Shown: positions 9,955-20,542 of the stretch, one piece after another
Layout: each line of letters opens with the position of its first letter
Position numbering within the stretch: the stretch's first letter is position 1
Assembly: GCA_963705305.1 (NCBI GenBank)
Contig: OY970067.1
Span: forward strand, 3,168,001 to 3,232,000
Length of the DNA: 64,000 nucleotides
Direction of reading: 5' to 3'
From: an uncultured Methylomirabilota bacterium
Lineage (GTDB): Bacteria > Methylomirabilota > Methylomirabilia > Methylomirabilales > 2-02-FULL-66-22
The notes under the pieces: generated by a model
Database searches by the model: none
Told to the model about the DNA's origin: nothing
The model's input: the letters and a program-made list of their open reading frames with translations, nothing else
Made by a program: the position numbers and the translations under genes

Positions 9955-10827
9955 TCACTCACCATACACCCCGGCCCTGAACAGACCACGGGGGAGGAAG
10001 ATCAGGAAGAGGATCAGGATGAAGAACGAAATGAAGTCTTTGTACATCGAAGAAATATATGCGGCCGTGAACGTTTCGATCCCGCCGAGGAGCAGCGAGC
10101 CCGCGATGGCGCCGTACATGTTGCCGTACCCTCCGATCACCGCGCCCGCGAACCCCTTCAGTCCGATCATGGTTCCCATCTGCGGACTGACGCCGTAGAT
10201 CGGCCCGATCAGCGTCCCGCCGATTCCCGCGAGCATGGACGCGATTCCCCACGTAATCCCGGTTGTCAGCGACACGTTGATGCTGACCGTCCTGGCCGCC
10301 ATCGGATCCTGCGCCGCCGCCCGCATTGCCGTACCGAGCCGGGTGCGCGTCATGAAAAAGTGGAACAGCAGCATCACGACGATGCCGATGACGATCGCCA
10401 TGATGGCCTCCGGCGGCACCATGAAGGCGCCAATCCGGATCCGATTGACCGCGAAAATCGACGGGAACTGGAAGACATTGCTCCCCCAGACGAGCATGGC
10501 GAAATTCTGGAGGATAATTGACATGGCGATTGTGGCCAGGACAATGAAGATGATGTTTGCCCCGGCCTGCACCAGCTTCCGTATGACAAGCCGCTCGACG
10601 AGGAGGCCGACGAGGTACATGAGCACCATGGTCAGCATCAGAGACACCACGAAGGGCAGCCTCGCATAGCGGTAGAACGTCAGACCCAGGAAGGCGCCGA
10701 GCATCAGGAGCTCGCCCTGCATAAAGGTCATCTGGCCGGACGCACTGTAGATCAGGCTGTACCCGAGCGCAATCAGCCCGTACACACTGCCGATGACGAG
10801 GGCCCCCACGAGCACCTGGAAGAACAC
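9955..10827 (-). CDS. livH: Branched-chain amino acid ABC transporter permease
   Basis: GSVYGLIALGYSLIY, TRLGTAMRAAAQD, GLKGFAGAVIGG. Confidence 0.9.
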   Translation of the reverse strand: MFFQVLVGALVIGSVYGLIALGYSLIYSASGQMTFMQGELLMLGAFLGLTFYRYARLPFVVSLMLTMVLMYLVGLLVERLVIRKLVQAGANIIFIVLATIAMSIILQNFAMLVWGSNVFQFPSIFAVNRIRIGAFMVPPEAIMAIVIGIVVMLLFHFFMTRTRLGTAMRAAAQDPMAARTVSINVSLTTGITWGIASMLAGIGGTLIGPIYGVSPQMGTMIGLKGFAGAVIGGYGNMYGAIAGSLLLGGIETFTAAYISSMYKDFISFFILILFLIFLPRGLFRAGVYGE

Positions 10828-10846
10828 TGGGCACGCTCCCGGTTCG

Positions 10847-10879
10847 GTCCGGCGGGGGCGGATTCAACCCCCGCCGGAC
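10847..10879. repeat. GC-rich hairpin between livK and livH (possible mRNA stabiliser or attenuator)
   Basis: GTCCGGCGGGGG...CCCCCGCCGGAC 12-bp stem just downstream of the binding-protein gene. Confidence 0.55.
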
Positions 10880-10908
10880 GGTTCGACGGTTCTCGAGCTG
10901 AACGTCGG

Positions 10909-12060
10909 CTACTTGCCCATCGCTTTCAAATAGTCCGCCAGCAGGATGTCCTTGCCGTTCTTGATCGCGAACATGCGCGCCTCGTGGATGCCTTCGCCGT
11001 TGCCCCCGCGGAAATTGAATGTGCCGGCCAGGCCCTCGAACCCGGAGAGGTTGGCGAGTTGCTCGCGGACCGCCGGGCCGCTCACGGATTTCGCCCGCTT
11101 GAATGCCTCGGCGAACAGCTTGACGGCATCATACGTCCGGAGGGCCGTCTGGCTGTCCGGCATTTTGCCGAACTCGGAGACGAACGCCTTGAAGAAGGCC
11201 CGGTGCATGGGGTTGATAGCCTCTTCTGGTCTCGAAGGGATCACATAGGAGGCGCCGAAGACGGCGCCGTCGGCATCTTTGCCCGCCACCTCCTTCACGG
11301 AGGGGACGCTCAGACTCTCGGGACCGAAGACGAGGCCGGTAAAGCCGTTGAGCCGCGCCTGCTTCATGATCGGCCCCTCATCCGCATCCACCCCGAACGC
11401 GATCAACGCGTCGATCTTGCTGTTGATGAGCTTCGTGAGCTGCCCGGTAAAGTCGGTGTCGCCCGGGTTGAACCATTCGCTCACGAGCTGAATGCCGTAC
11501 TTGTCGAGCTGCTGCTTGATATCGTCCAGCCCGCTCTTTCCATATTCGTCTGCGCGACCCAGCGCCCCGATTTTCGTGTATTTGAGTTCGCTGATCGTCC
11601 TGGCGATCTGGATGTTAATCAGGTTCGTGTTCGCCAGAGGGCGGAAGAGGTAGGTGTACCCCTTCTGCAGCCAGACAGGGCTCGTCCCGATCCCGATCTC
11701 GGGAATCTTCGCCCTCTCGACGACCGGCGCGGAGGCGAGGATGTTCCCCGAGTGGAGCGAGCCAACGATACAGTTGACCTTGTCGGATGTGATCATTCGG
11801 GTGACCGCCTTCACCGCTTCTTCGGGAGACGATTTGTCGTCGTACGCGATCATAGACAGCTTCTGCCCGAGCACTCCGCCCTGCGCGTTGACCTGCTTGA
11901 TTGCCAGATCGGCGCCCTGCTGGGAGGCGATGCCCGAGAGCGACATGGGGCCCGTGAGCGGTCCGTAGAGCCCGACCTTGATCACCTGTTGAGCAGACGC
12001 GGGCGCCGCCGCCAGCATCCCCAGGCACATCCACAAAAGAATGCTTCGCTTCTTGGACAT
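10909..12060 (-). CDS. livK: Branched-chain amino acid ABC transporter substrate-binding protein
   Basis: Signal peptide, IKVGLYGPLTG, NAQGGVLG, DTDFTGQL; SD GAGGA. Confidence 0.9.
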   Translation of the reverse strand: MSKKRSILLWMCLGMLAAAPASAQQVIKVGLYGPLTGPMSLSGIASQQGADLAIKQVNAQGGVLGQKLSMIAYDDKSSPEEAVKAVTRMITSDKVNCIVGSLHSGNILASAPVVERAKIPEIGIGTSPVWLQKGYTYLFRPLANTNLINIQIARTISELKYTKIGALGRADEYGKSGLDDIKQQLDKYGIQLVSEWFNPGDTDFTGQLTKLINSKIDALIAFGVDADEGPIMKQARLNGFTGLVFGPESLSVPSVKEVAGKDADGAVFGASYVIPSRPEEAINPMHRAFFKAFVSEFGKMPDSQTALRTYDAVKLFAEAFKRAKSVSGPAVREQLANLSGFEGLAGTFNFRGGNGEGIHEARMFAIKNGKDILLADYLKAMGK

Positions 12061-12646
12061 CGCTTCCTCCTCTGTGAGGGCGTGATAAAGAACGGGGCAC
12101 CGCGCACACGGGCATCGGTGCCAAACAATCGGGGCCAACGTATCGCTTGCCCGCTCCGAATGTCAAGGTGCTCCCTAGCGTTGTCGGGGAGACATGATTA
12201 ATTGCGGGAGGGACGAGACCCGTCGTGTTCTCCGGATTTCGGAGGTCCGCGGGACCCTGCTGGACTGGGGGTGGGATTGGCTGCCGCAGAGAATCGGGGC
12301 CGGGCTGCCTCAGCCGCGCACCGCATATCGCAGCGCGGCCGCCCTGACGCCCGGGACTTGGGCCGGCCTGTGCCGGCCGCCGGTAGTGCGCAGAAGCCGA
12401 CAACTGTCCGGGCGTATCTTGCTATTTTCCCCCCGGAGCTATAAGAGTAAGCGCCTGTGAAGGACCGCCCGCAACCATCGGGCGCATTCTCCCCGTTGCA
12501 GAAAGGAGGCAGGGGCGTTCCGGGGAGCCCCGGGGGCGAAGCAGGTCCAGGCCGCGGATTCGAGTGGTTCGCATCGGTCACCGGAGACTCTGTCGGCGGA
12601 AAGAGCTTCTGCCGGTGAAGTACCTGACCCTCATGGAGGATCGATA

Positions 12647-13777
12647 ATGCGTGCGCTACGGTCGCTGGCCATCTTGGCCGCAGTTCTGCTGGTATCATCG
12701 GGTCTTGCGTGGGCGGCAGACAACGAGATCCGGATCGGGATTGGCATCTCGACCACCGGCACCTTCTCCGCGGAGGCCCCCTACTACCAGAATGAAGCTC
12801 GTCTGTTCGAAAAGCAGATCAACCAGAACGGGGGTCTCAACGGGAAGAAGGTGCGGGTCATCATCATCGACAACCAGTCGACCAACCCCGGCGCCCTCAA
12901 CGCCCTGAACAAGGCCGTGGAGCAGGACAAGGTCCTCGCCTTTATCGGGCCGGTGAAGAGCACGCAAATCTTGGCCATGTCCGACGCCGTGAAGGCCTTC
13001 GGTATCCCCATGATGGTTGGGGGGACCAACGTCACGATCACCAAGCAGGGCAACCCGTGGCTCTTCCGCTGCCGGGTGAACGACGGCATCGTGGCGGCCA
13101 TCCTGGTCAAGTACATCCGGGACGAGATGAAGCTGTCCAAGATCGGCGTCGTCTACTCGAATGAGGCGTTCGGGGCGGGCGGGGCTGACGCCATCGACCA
13201 GTACGCCAAGCAGCTCGGCCTCACGCTGGTCGCCCGGGAGCGCTTCAACCTGGGCGACCGGGACTTCACGGCTCAGCTCCTGAGCCTGAAGAAGGCGGGG
13301 GCCCAGGTGATGGTCCCGTACAGCGCGGGCACCGACGAGTTCGCCCGCATCATCGTGCAGTATCGCCAGCTCGGCTCGCCGTACAAGTACATCGGCCCGC
13401 CCGCGATCGCCCAGAAACCGGTCCTGGACCTCGCCCGCGAGGCGGCGGAGGGCCTGATGGGGTTCGTGGACTCGGTGCCTGGGATGAACCCGACCAACCG
13501 GAAGTTCGTCGAGGCCTACCGGCAGGAGTTCCACGCGGAGCCCGACACCCAAGCCCCCTGGACCTACGATGCCTTGAATCTGCTCGCCACGGCCATCCGG
13601 AAGGGCGGGGAAGACCGGGCCAAGATCCGGGAAGCCCTCCTGACGACCAAGGGGGTGGAGGGCGTCCTCGGGACCTACAACTTCACGCCCGATGGCGAAG
13701 GGCTCTATGGGGGGCCAATCGCGATCATCAAAGAGGGCAAGCCTCAGCTCGTGAAGATGGTCAGCGTGAACAACTAG
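12647..13777 (+). CDS. LivK-family ABC substrate-binding protein (orphan, divergent)
   Basis: Signal peptide, INQNGGLNGKK, DRDFTAQL, TYDALNLL; SD GGAGGA. Confidence 0.88.
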   Translation: MRALRSLAILAAVLLVSSGLAWAADNEIRIGIGISTTGTFSAEAPYYQNEARLFEKQINQNGGLNGKKVRVIIIDNQSTNPGALNALNKAVEQDKVLAFIGPVKSTQILAMSDAVKAFGIPMMVGGTNVTITKQGNPWLFRCRVNDGIVAAILVKYIRDEMKLSKIGVVYSNEAFGAGGADAIDQYAKQLGLTLVARERFNLGDRDFTAQLLSLKKAGAQVMVPYSAGTDEFARIIVQYRQLGSPYKYIGPPAIAQKPVLDLAREAAEGLMGFVDSVPGMNPTNRKFVEAYRQEFHAEPDTQAPWTYDALNLLATAIRKGGEDRAKIREALLTTKGVEGVLGTYNFTPDGEGLYGGPIAIIKEGKPQLVKMVSVNN

Positions 13778-13888
13778 CCGGCGGCCACCCACCGCCGACC
13801 GGGCGAGGTATTCGGGGACGGTCAGTCGAGGCTGGGGGGGCGGAGGTTCGCGCCCCCAGCCTTCTTCACCCATGCGGAGTGGTCGCCG

Positions 13889-14212
13889 ATGGAACCACCA
13901 CGGTCCCCCTCTTCTCCTTCATGCACGCGCTTGCTTCCTGATGACCTGGAAGGACTCCTGCAAGATCTGTGCAGGCCGTTCTCGCGCGCCCAGCGAAGGG
14001 CGGAAGAGCGCCTCGTCCGCATGGGAGAGGCGGTGGTCGAGCCCGTCGCCGCGCTCCTTTTCTCCGGATCTTCCGACGCGTTCACGCGGGGCGTGGCCCT
14101 CCGGGTGTTGGAGAGGGTCGGCACCCCGCCGGTGATCCCCCATATGCTTCGAGCGGTCCGGGAGGCGCGGGACGGCGCTTTCTCGTTGACGCCGGGCCGC
14201 CGTCCGTGCTAA
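13889..14212 (+). CDS. Short HEAT-repeat-like protein (possibly truncated)
   Basis: [20 protein letters not shown]...[12 protein letters not shown] resembles a PBS-lyase HEAT repeat. Confidence 0.45.
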   Translation: MEPPRSPSSPSCTRLLPDDLEGLLQDLCRPFSRAQRRAEERLVRMGEAVVEPVAALLFSGSSDAFTRGVALRVLERVGTPPVIPHMLRAVREARDGAFSLTPGRRPC

Positions 14213-14264
14213 CAAACAATCCGGGCGCGAATTCCCGCCCTCCCTGGCAGCCGGGAGACGACCC

Positions 14265-15797
14265 ATGCTTGCCAAGGTGCTCTCCAGCGCCGTGCTCGGG
14301 GTGGACGCCTACCTGGTAGGCGTCGAGGTGGACATTGCCCTGGGGCTGCCCACCTTCAACACCGTTGGTCTGCCCGACGTGGCGGTCAAAGAGAGCCGCG
14401 ACCGGGTGAAGGCCGCCATCAAGAACTCCGGCTTCGAATTTCCCGCCAAGCGCATCACGGTCAATCTGGCTCCGGCCGACATCAAGAAGGAGGGGGCGGC
14501 CTTCGATCTGCCCACGGCCGTGGGCATCCTGGCCGCCCAGGACCTGGTGCGGCCGGATCGGCTGGGACGGCTGGCCATCGTGGGGGAGCTTTCCTTGGAT
14601 GGGTCCGTGCGCCCGGTCCGGGGGGTCCTGTCCATCGCGGTTGCCGCCCAGGAGGCGGCCCTGGCGGGTGTCATCGTCCCGGGGGAAAATGCCGAGGAAG
14701 CCGCCGTGGTGGACGGCCTGGAGGTGTACGGGGTCCACAGTCTCCAGCATGCTCTGGCCCTGCTGAACGGCGAGCAGGCGCTGGCCCCCACCTGCATCGA
14801 CCTGGAGGCTGCCTTTTCCCGGTCGGCCGAGTACGATGTGGATTTCAGCGACGTCAAGGGCCAGGAGCACGCCAAGCGCGCCCTGGAAGTGGCGGCGGCC
14901 GGCGGCCACAACATCCTCCTCATCGGGCCGCCGGGGGCCGGGAAGACCATGCTGGCCCGGCGGCTGCCCACCATTCTGCCGAATCTCTCCCTGGAGGAGG
15001 CCATCTCCACCACCAAGGTCCATTCGATCTGCGGCCTGCTCCCGTCCCGCCAGGCGCTCCTCGCCACCCGTCCGTTCCGTGCTCCGCACCACACCATCTC
15101 GGATGCGGGCCTGATCGGCGGCGGGAACATTCCCCGGCCCGGGGAGGTCAGCCTGGCCCACCACGGCGTCCTGTTCCTGGACGAGCTGCCGGAGTTCAAG
15201 CGCCACGTGCTGGAGGTGCTGCGGCAGCCGCTGGAAGACGGCCAGGTCACCATCGCGCGCGCCCTCTCCTCCCTGACCTACCCGGCTCGGTTCATGCTGG
15301 CCGCCGCGATGAATCCATGCCCGTGCGGCTTCGCCACGGATCCCACCAAGGAATGCTCCTGCACCCCGCTCCAGATCCAGCGCTACTTGGCGCGCATCTC
15401 GGGTCCGCTGCTGGATCGTATCGATATCCATATCGACGTGCCGCCGCTCAAGCACCGCGAGCTCGTCGGCGAGCCGGCGGCCGAGCCGTCGGTCCAGATC
15501 CGCGAGCGCGTCCGCCGCGCCCGCCAGATTCAGCAGGAGCGGTTCCGTCGGAGCAAAGTCTTCTGCAACGCCCACATGAGCACCCGCCAGATCCGCAAGA
15601 CCTGCCAGGTGGAGGGGGAGGCGCGGAGCCTCCTGGAGACGGCCATGGACCGGTTGGGCCTGTCGGCCCGGGCCTATGACCGGATCCTCAAAGTGGCACG
15701 GACCGTCGCCGATCTCGAGGCGGCGGAGAATATCCAACCCGAGCACATCGCCGAGGCCATCCAGTATCGATCGCTGGACCGCGGGTCGCGGCGATAG
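14265..15797 (+). CDS. comM: YifB/ComM Mg-chelatase-like AAA+ ATPase
   Basis: [58 protein letters not shown]. Confidence 0.93.
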   Translation: MLAKVLSSAVLGVDAYLVGVEVDIALGLPTFNTVGLPDVAVKESRDRVKAAIKNSGFEFPAKRITVNLAPADIKKEGAAFDLPTAVGILAAQDLVRPDRLGRLAIVGELSLDGSVRPVRGVLSIAVAAQEAALAGVIVPGENAEEAAVVDGLEVYGVHSLQHALALLNGEQALAPTCIDLEAAFSRSAEYDVDFSDVKGQEHAKRALEVAAAGGHNILLIGPPGAGKTMLARRLPTILPNLSLEEAISTTKVHSICGLLPSRQALLATRPFRAPHHTISDAGLIGGGNIPRPGEVSLAHHGVLFLDELPEFKRHVLEVLRQPLEDGQVTIARALSSLTYPARFMLAAAMNPCPCGFATDPTKECSCTPLQIQRYLARISGPLLDRIDIHIDVPPLKHRELVGEPAAEPSVQIRERVRRARQIQQERFRRSKVFCNAHMSTRQIRKTCQVEGEARSLLETAMDRLGLSARAYDRILKVARTVADLEAAENIQPEHIAEAIQYRSLDRGSRR

Positions 15798-15863
15798 GGG
15801 AGGGCGGCGGTTGGCTTCCGCGGGCGCGGGGCCACTTGCCGCCACGGAGAGGAGGACCCTCAG

Positions 15864-16256
15864 ATGCCGAAAGTGACGCAGCTCGTTCTGAACCTCCAGA
15901 GCAAACCCGGGGTGCTGGCGACCGTGTGCGGGATCCTCAGCCAGGCGGGGATCAACGTCGAAGGGATGTGGGCGTCGGACACCGGTGCCAGCCGGGGGAA
16001 GATCCGCCTGCTGGTTGCCGACACGGCGGCGGCCGAGGCGGCCCTCCGGGCCGCCAAGTTCCGTTGCGCCCGCGAGGAGGCGGTCTCTCTCGACCTGGAA
16101 AACCGGCCGGGGACACTGGCGGAGGCGGCGCGGCAACTGGCGCAGGCCAAGGTTAACATCAAGTGCGCCTACGCCACGACGGAGGGGGTCGGGAGGGCGC
16201 GAGTCATCCTCACCGTCTCCAACATCCAGAAGGCGATGAGGGCACTGGGCGGATAA
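15864..16256 (+). CDS. Tandem ACT-domain protein
   Basis: Two repeats: LQSKPGVLA...GINV and LENRPGTLA...VNI. Confidence 0.85.
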   Translation: MPKVTQLVLNLQSKPGVLATVCGILSQAGINVEGMWASDTGASRGKIRLLVADTAAAEAALRAAKFRCAREEAVSLDLENRPGTLAEAARQLAQAKVNIKCAYATTEGVGRARVILTVSNIQKAMRALGG

Positions 16257-16371
16257 CGCGAGGCGGGTCCGGCGTCGAGGGCTCGTTCGGGCGGTCCGGG
16301 AATTCTTGCGGCAGCCGAAGGGGGGAGTCCGCGCCGGTGCAGGCCGCCAGCGGGGGCACCCGAGGGGAGCG

Positions 16372-16737
16372 ATGATTTCACAGGATCGGGAGAGAGAGCC
16401 GCGTGAGTTTCCCCGCTATCCGGCGATGATCCCGGTCCGCCTGGAGGTGCTCCACGCCTGGGAGGGCACCGCCTTCAGCGTCCTCTCGGGCTCCCTGTTC
16501 AATCTCAGCCGCGGTGGAGCGGGGCTTCGCCTGATGCGGGTATTGCCGCCGCGGACCAAGATTGTTATTTTCGTGCCGGCCGGGCCGGAGGGGCTCCGCC
16601 TGAGGGGGATAATTGTCTGGACCAGCGTGGTTCCCGGCCTGGGTCACGAGCCGGTGAGCTATGGGGTGCGGTGGTTCGAATCCCTCTCGCGTCCAGTGTT
16701 GGATATGCTCTCGCCGTTCTGCGGCGCCTCGGCGTGA
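16372..16737 (+). CDS. PilZ-domain protein
   Basis: RxxxR (REFPR) and NxSxGG (NLSRGG) c-di-GMP motifs; YGVRW near the C-terminus. Confidence 0.75.
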   Translation: MISQDREREPREFPRYPAMIPVRLEVLHAWEGTAFSVLSGSLFNLSRGGAGLRLMRVLPPRTKIVIFVPAGPEGLRLRGIIVWTSVVPGLGHEPVSYGVRWFESLSRPVLDMLSPFCGASA

Positions 16738-16873
16738 CCCGAGCCGGCGCCGGGTCCCCCCTCGGAGACCGGGTGCGGCCAAGCGGGACAGCGGGCGGAC
16801 AGCCGCAGGCCGACAACCCCGCCGCTGAATTTTCCTTGCAGGCTGGCTCCCCCTCGAATACAGTCGTCTCGCC

Positions 16874-17380
16874 ATGTCCCCATCCACAGGGAAAGACAAG
16901 CGATCGGTCGCGCAGGGCGCGAGGACCCTGGCCGCAAACCGCAAGGCCCGCTACGATTACCACATCGAGGAGACCTACGAGGCGGGAATCGCCCTGCTGG
17001 GCAGCGAGGTAAAGTCCGTCCGGCAGGGTCGGGCCAACCTGCGTGACAGCTATGCCGCCTTCGAGCGGGGCGAGCTGGTCCTCTACAACTGCCACATCAG
17101 CCCGTACGAGTCGGCCGGCCAGTTCAACCCGGATCCGCTGCGCCCCCGCAAGCTCTTGATGCACCGGGAGGAGATTCAGCGGTTGATCGGAAAGGTCGAG
17201 GAGAAGGGCCGGACCCTCGTCCCGCTGAGCCTGTACCTGAGAGGGCCGCACGTGAAAGTGGGGCTGGCCTTAGCCCGTGGGAAGCGAGAATACGACCGCC
17301 GTGAGGATATCAAAGAGCGGGAAGCGGACCGGGAAGTGGCCAGAGCTTCCCGCGGCCGCGCCAACCGGGGCGAGGGCTGA
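16874..17380 (+). CDS. smpB: SsrA-binding protein
   Basis: [37 protein letters not shown]. Confidence 0.97.
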   Translation: MSPSTGKDKRSVAQGARTLAANRKARYDYHIEETYEAGIALLGSEVKSVRQGRANLRDSYAAFERGELVLYNCHISPYESAGQFNPDPLRPRKLLMHREEIQRLIGKVEEKGRTLVPLSLYLRGPHVKVGLALARGKREYDRREDIKEREADREVARASRGRANRGEG

Positions 17381-17386
17381 CGGCGC

Positions 17387-17415
17387 CTGACAAAGGCCCG
17401 GCAGTGTGGTAAGAT
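17387..17415 (+). promoter_or_regulatory. Putative sigma70 promoter of the DapA-family gene
   Basis: CTGACA-N17-TAAGAT with extended -10 TG. Confidence 0.55.
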
Positions 17416-17463
17416 ACCTTCACGGATGACCTTTCACTCATGATGTTTTCAAAGGAGGTTCTC

Positions 17464-18363
17464 ATGGCGACACGTGTGCCCTCGATGGCTGGTATCTTCC
17501 CTCCCATCCCGACGCCGTTCGACGAGGCGGGGGAGTTGAACCTGAAAGCCCTGGCGGCGAACTTCGAGAAATGGAACCGGTTCCCGCTGGCCGGATACGT
17601 GGTCCTGGGGAGCAACGGCGAGATGCCGTACCTCAGCGAGACGGAAAAGCTGACCATTTTCGAGGCGGCCCGGAAGCATATCCCCTCGGGGAAGCTGTTC
17701 ATGGCCGGCTGCGGATGCGAGTCCACGCACAGCACGATCGCGCTAACCAAGAAGGCGGCGGGGCTGGGGGCCGACGTGGCGCTGTTCATCAACCCGAGCT
17801 ACTACAAGTCCAAAATGGACAACGCCGGCCTGACCGACTACTACACACGGGTGGCGGATGCCTCACCCATTCCCATCAGCGTGTACAACATGCCGGGCAA
17901 TACCGGCGTGGACATGTCGGCCGAGCTGGTCATCAAGCTGTCCCAGCACCCTAACATCGCCGGGGTGAAGGACAGCAGCGGCAATGTGGCCAAGATGGGC
18001 CAGATCATTCGATCGGCCCGGCCCGGATTCCAGGTGCTGGCGGGCTCGGCCGGATTCCTCTATCCGGCCCTGTGCATCGGGGCGATCGGCGGGGTGCTGG
18101 CGCTGGCCAACATCGCGCCGCAGCAATGCTGCGATATCCTGAACTTCTTCCAGCATGGCAAGCATGAGGACGCCAAAGACTTGCAGCTGCGCATGATCGC
18201 CGCGAACGCCGCCGTGACGGCCCAGTTCGGTGTTCCGGGGCTCAAGGCTGCCATGGAGATGGTGGGGTTCTACGGCGGCAATCCGCGCAGCCCGATGCTC
18301 CCCCTGAATGACGAGCAGAAGGGCAAGCTGCGCGGAATCCTCAAGGAGGCCGGGATCATCTGA
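17464..18363 (+). CDS. DapA/DHDPS family aldolase (GSNGE motif, 4-hydroxy-2-oxoglutarate aldolase-like)
   Basis: PIPTPF, GSNGE, YNMPGNTG, Schiff-base GVKDSSG; SD AAGGAGG. Confidence 0.88.
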   Translation: MATRVPSMAGIFPPIPTPFDEAGELNLKALAANFEKWNRFPLAGYVVLGSNGEMPYLSETEKLTIFEAARKHIPSGKLFMAGCGCESTHSTIALTKKAAGLGADVALFINPSYYKSKMDNAGLTDYYTRVADASPIPISVYNMPGNTGVDMSAELVIKLSQHPNIAGVKDSSGNVAKMGQIIRSARPGFQVLAGSAGFLYPALCIGAIGGVLALANIAPQQCCDILNFFQHGKHEDAKDLQLRMIAANAAVTAQFGVPGLKAAMEMVGFYGGNPRSPMLPLNDEQKGKLRGILKEAGII

Positions 18364-18370
18364 CACCTGA

Positions 18371-18440
18371 CATCAGCAGTCAGCGTTCAGCAATCAGCAG
18401 TCAGCGAAGGCAGCTGAGCGCTGACCGCTGAAAGCTGATG
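18371..18440. repeat. Inverted arrays of TCAGC/GCTGA heptamers
   Basis: 5x TCAGCNN followed by 4x GCTGANN. Confidence 0.7.
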
Positions 18441-18449
18441 GCTCAAGAA

Positions 18450-18800
18450 GGGGGTGCAACGGTTTCGACGGGGACAAGGGGATAAAGGTGGCGTGCCGAG
18501 TCCCCACCGGCTCGTAAAAGGTGGGAAAAAGACAACTGCCAATTCCGAATTGGCCCTCGCTGCCTAACTAGCAGCAACGTCCTCCTCGCTTTGCCTGCCG
18601 GGCGGGATCAGGGCGTCATACAGGTAGGCTAAGCCGGCCGGTCCCGGCCCGGGGCCGGTCGGACGAAAACCAATGGGCTGGCTGTCGAGAACCCCGCCGG
18701 GGGGGTCCCTTGACGGCGAGACACAAACCGCCGGCTACGCACGTAGATGCCTTTATTGACAGGTTCTCGGACGGGGGTTCGACTCCCCCCACCTCCACCA
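18450..18800 (+). ncRNA. ssrA: tmRNA; tag peptide (A)ANSELALAA* at 18538-18567
   Basis: 5' GGGGGTG pairs with CACCTCC-A-CCA including the G3-U wobble; GGTTTCGAC 5' motif; T-arm GGTTCGACTCC; smpB nearby. Confidence 0.97.
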
Positions 18801-18832
18801 GAAGGCAATCCTAGGACATCCTAGGAAAGATG

Positions 18833-18865
18833 AAACCCGTTGATTCTAGCGGGTTTTTTCTTTTT
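18833..18865 (+). terminator. Intrinsic terminator downstream of ssrA
   Basis: AAACCCG...CGGGTTT stem followed by a T-rich tract. Confidence 0.7.
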
Positions 18866-18902
18866 ATTCGTCCAGGTATGTGCTACAGAGTATAGCAGCA
18901 TC

Positions 18903-18962
18903 TGGGGTACTTTGGGGTACATTTCGGCTAAATGTACCCCCACGGAGATGCTACTACCCCCA
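18903..18962. promoter_or_regulatory. Putative integrase arm-type binding sites
   Basis: Direct repeat TGGGGTAC x2, then inverted TACCCCCA x2, between ssrA and int. Confidence 0.6.
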
Positions 18963-18979
18963 AAATGGAGGAGAGGCCT

Positions 18980-20194
18980 ATGTTGCTGAGCGATGCGCGG
19001 ATCCGTCGCACGAAGCCCTCCGACAAGCTGCTAAAACTCTTCGACGGCAACGGGCTATTCCTCCTGGTGACTCCACAAGGGGGTAGGGGCTGGCGCTTTA
19101 AGTATCGCTTCGACGGAAAAGAGAAGTTGCTGAGTATGGGCACCTACCCCGAGATCTCCCTTGCCGTTGCCCGCCAGCGGCGCGAGGAGGCCCGAAGGCA
19201 GGTCGCCCAAGGTGTTGACCCTGGGGCCGTGCGGAAGGCCAAGAAGCAGGCAGCAAACGCAGACGTAGAGACCTTTGAGGTGATCGCCCGAGAGTGGCAC
19301 ACACGCTTCACCCCGACCTGGACGCGAGGTCATACCGTTACGATCCTGAGCCGCCTAGAGCGCGACCTGTTCCCGTGGATCGGCAAGCGGCCCATCACAG
19401 AGATCAAGGCGCCGGAACTCCTGGCGGTTCTGCGCCGGGTGGAGAACCGGGGTGCCCTCGAGTCTGCCCATCGTATCCGAACCATCGCGGGTCAGGTCTT
19501 CCGGTACGCCGTAGCCACAGGGCGGGCAGAGCGCGACCCGTCGGGCGACCTCCGCGGCGCGTTGCCGCAACCGGGTGACAAGCACCATGCAGCCATCACT
19601 GACCCGAAAGAGGTGGCGCCCCTCCTGCGGGCCATAGAGGGCTATCAAGGGCATTTCGTGACGAAGTGCGCCCTACGCTTGGCGCCCCTATTCTTTGTCC
19701 GCCCGGGGGAACTGCGACACGCTGAGTGGACGGAGATGGACCTGGACGAAGCCGTGTGGAATATCCCGGCCGACAAGATGAAGACGAAGCAAGCGCATGT
19801 GGTGCCCCTCTGCCACCAGGCGGTGGAGATCCTAAGCGACCTGCGGCAACTGACGGGTGAGAGTCGGTATGTCTTCCCGTCGGGGAGATCCTCATCACGC
19901 CCCATGTCGGAGAATACTGTCCTCGCGGCACTGCGTTCGATGGGGTATGACAAGGACACGATGACCGGTCACGGCTTCCGGGCGATGGCGCGGACGATCC
20001 TGGACGAAGTGCTACAGGTTAAGCTGGAACTGATTGAGCATCAGCTGGCCCATGCCGTGAGAGACCCCCTTGGGAGAGCCTACAATCGCACCACGCACCT
20101 TCAGGAGCGTCGGGAGATGATGCAGATGTGGGCCGATTACCTGGACGGGCTGAAGCAAGGGGCGGTCGTCTTGCCGATGAAGCGGAGAGTGTAA
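18980..20194 (+). CDS. P4-family tyrosine integrase with N-terminal arm-binding domain
   Basis: FDGNGLFLLV, GTYPEISLAVAR, VRPGEL, HGFRAMART, QLAH, AYNR; SD GGAGGAG. Confidence 0.95.
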   Translation: MLLSDARIRRTKPSDKLLKLFDGNGLFLLVTPQGGRGWRFKYRFDGKEKLLSMGTYPEISLAVARQRREEARRQVAQGVDPGAVRKAKKQAANADVETFEVIAREWHTRFTPTWTRGHTVTILSRLERDLFPWIGKRPITEIKAPELLAVLRRVENRGALESAHRIRTIAGQVFRYAVATGRAERDPSGDLRGALPQPGDKHHAAITDPKEVAPLLRAIEGYQGHFVTKCALRLAPLFFVRPGELRHAEWTEMDLDEAVWNIPADKMKTKQAHVVPLCHQAVEILSDLRQLTGESRYVFPSGRSSSRPMSENTVLAALRSMGYDKDTMTGHGFRAMARTILDEVLQVKLELIEHQLAHAVRDPLGRAYNRTTHLQERREMMQMWADYLDGLKQGAVVLPMKRRV

Positions 20195-20230
20195 ACGGAA
20201 CCTTTTCTTCGGATTATTATTGACAGGCGT

Positions 20231-20542
20231 CAGCACGATCTGCGGCACGACCTTGCGATCAAACGCTTGCGTGGCGGCGCCAATCCCGTCACGATCTCCT
20301 GTCTCTTACGGCACGCCTCGTGCCACTTCGCTGACCGGTACCTCCATCTCAACCGTGAGGACCTCCACCGGGCGGTCGAAGCTGGATCAAGGGATGCGGA
20401 CGCGGAGGAGAGTCCGCCGTCGGCCCCTCCACCCTCCCTACCCAAATCTCCAGCCGGGACCCTCACCGCCTACTCGATCCCCAGCGGCGCGCCTGAGCAG
20501 GATCATCCGATTCCCACCACGGAAGCTTCGGATCGGGGGTGA
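20231..20542 (+). pseudogene. C-terminal relic of a second (Xer-like) tyrosine recombinase
   Basis: HDLRHDLAIKRLRGGANPVTISCLLRHAS...RYLHL matches the HxLRH...LGH...Y box II pattern. Confidence 0.7.

Noticed and set aside
12497..12509. TGCAGAAAGGAGG resembling the island promoter box
   Set aside because: In the host region, the 3' part diverges and no -10 lies at the conserved distance.
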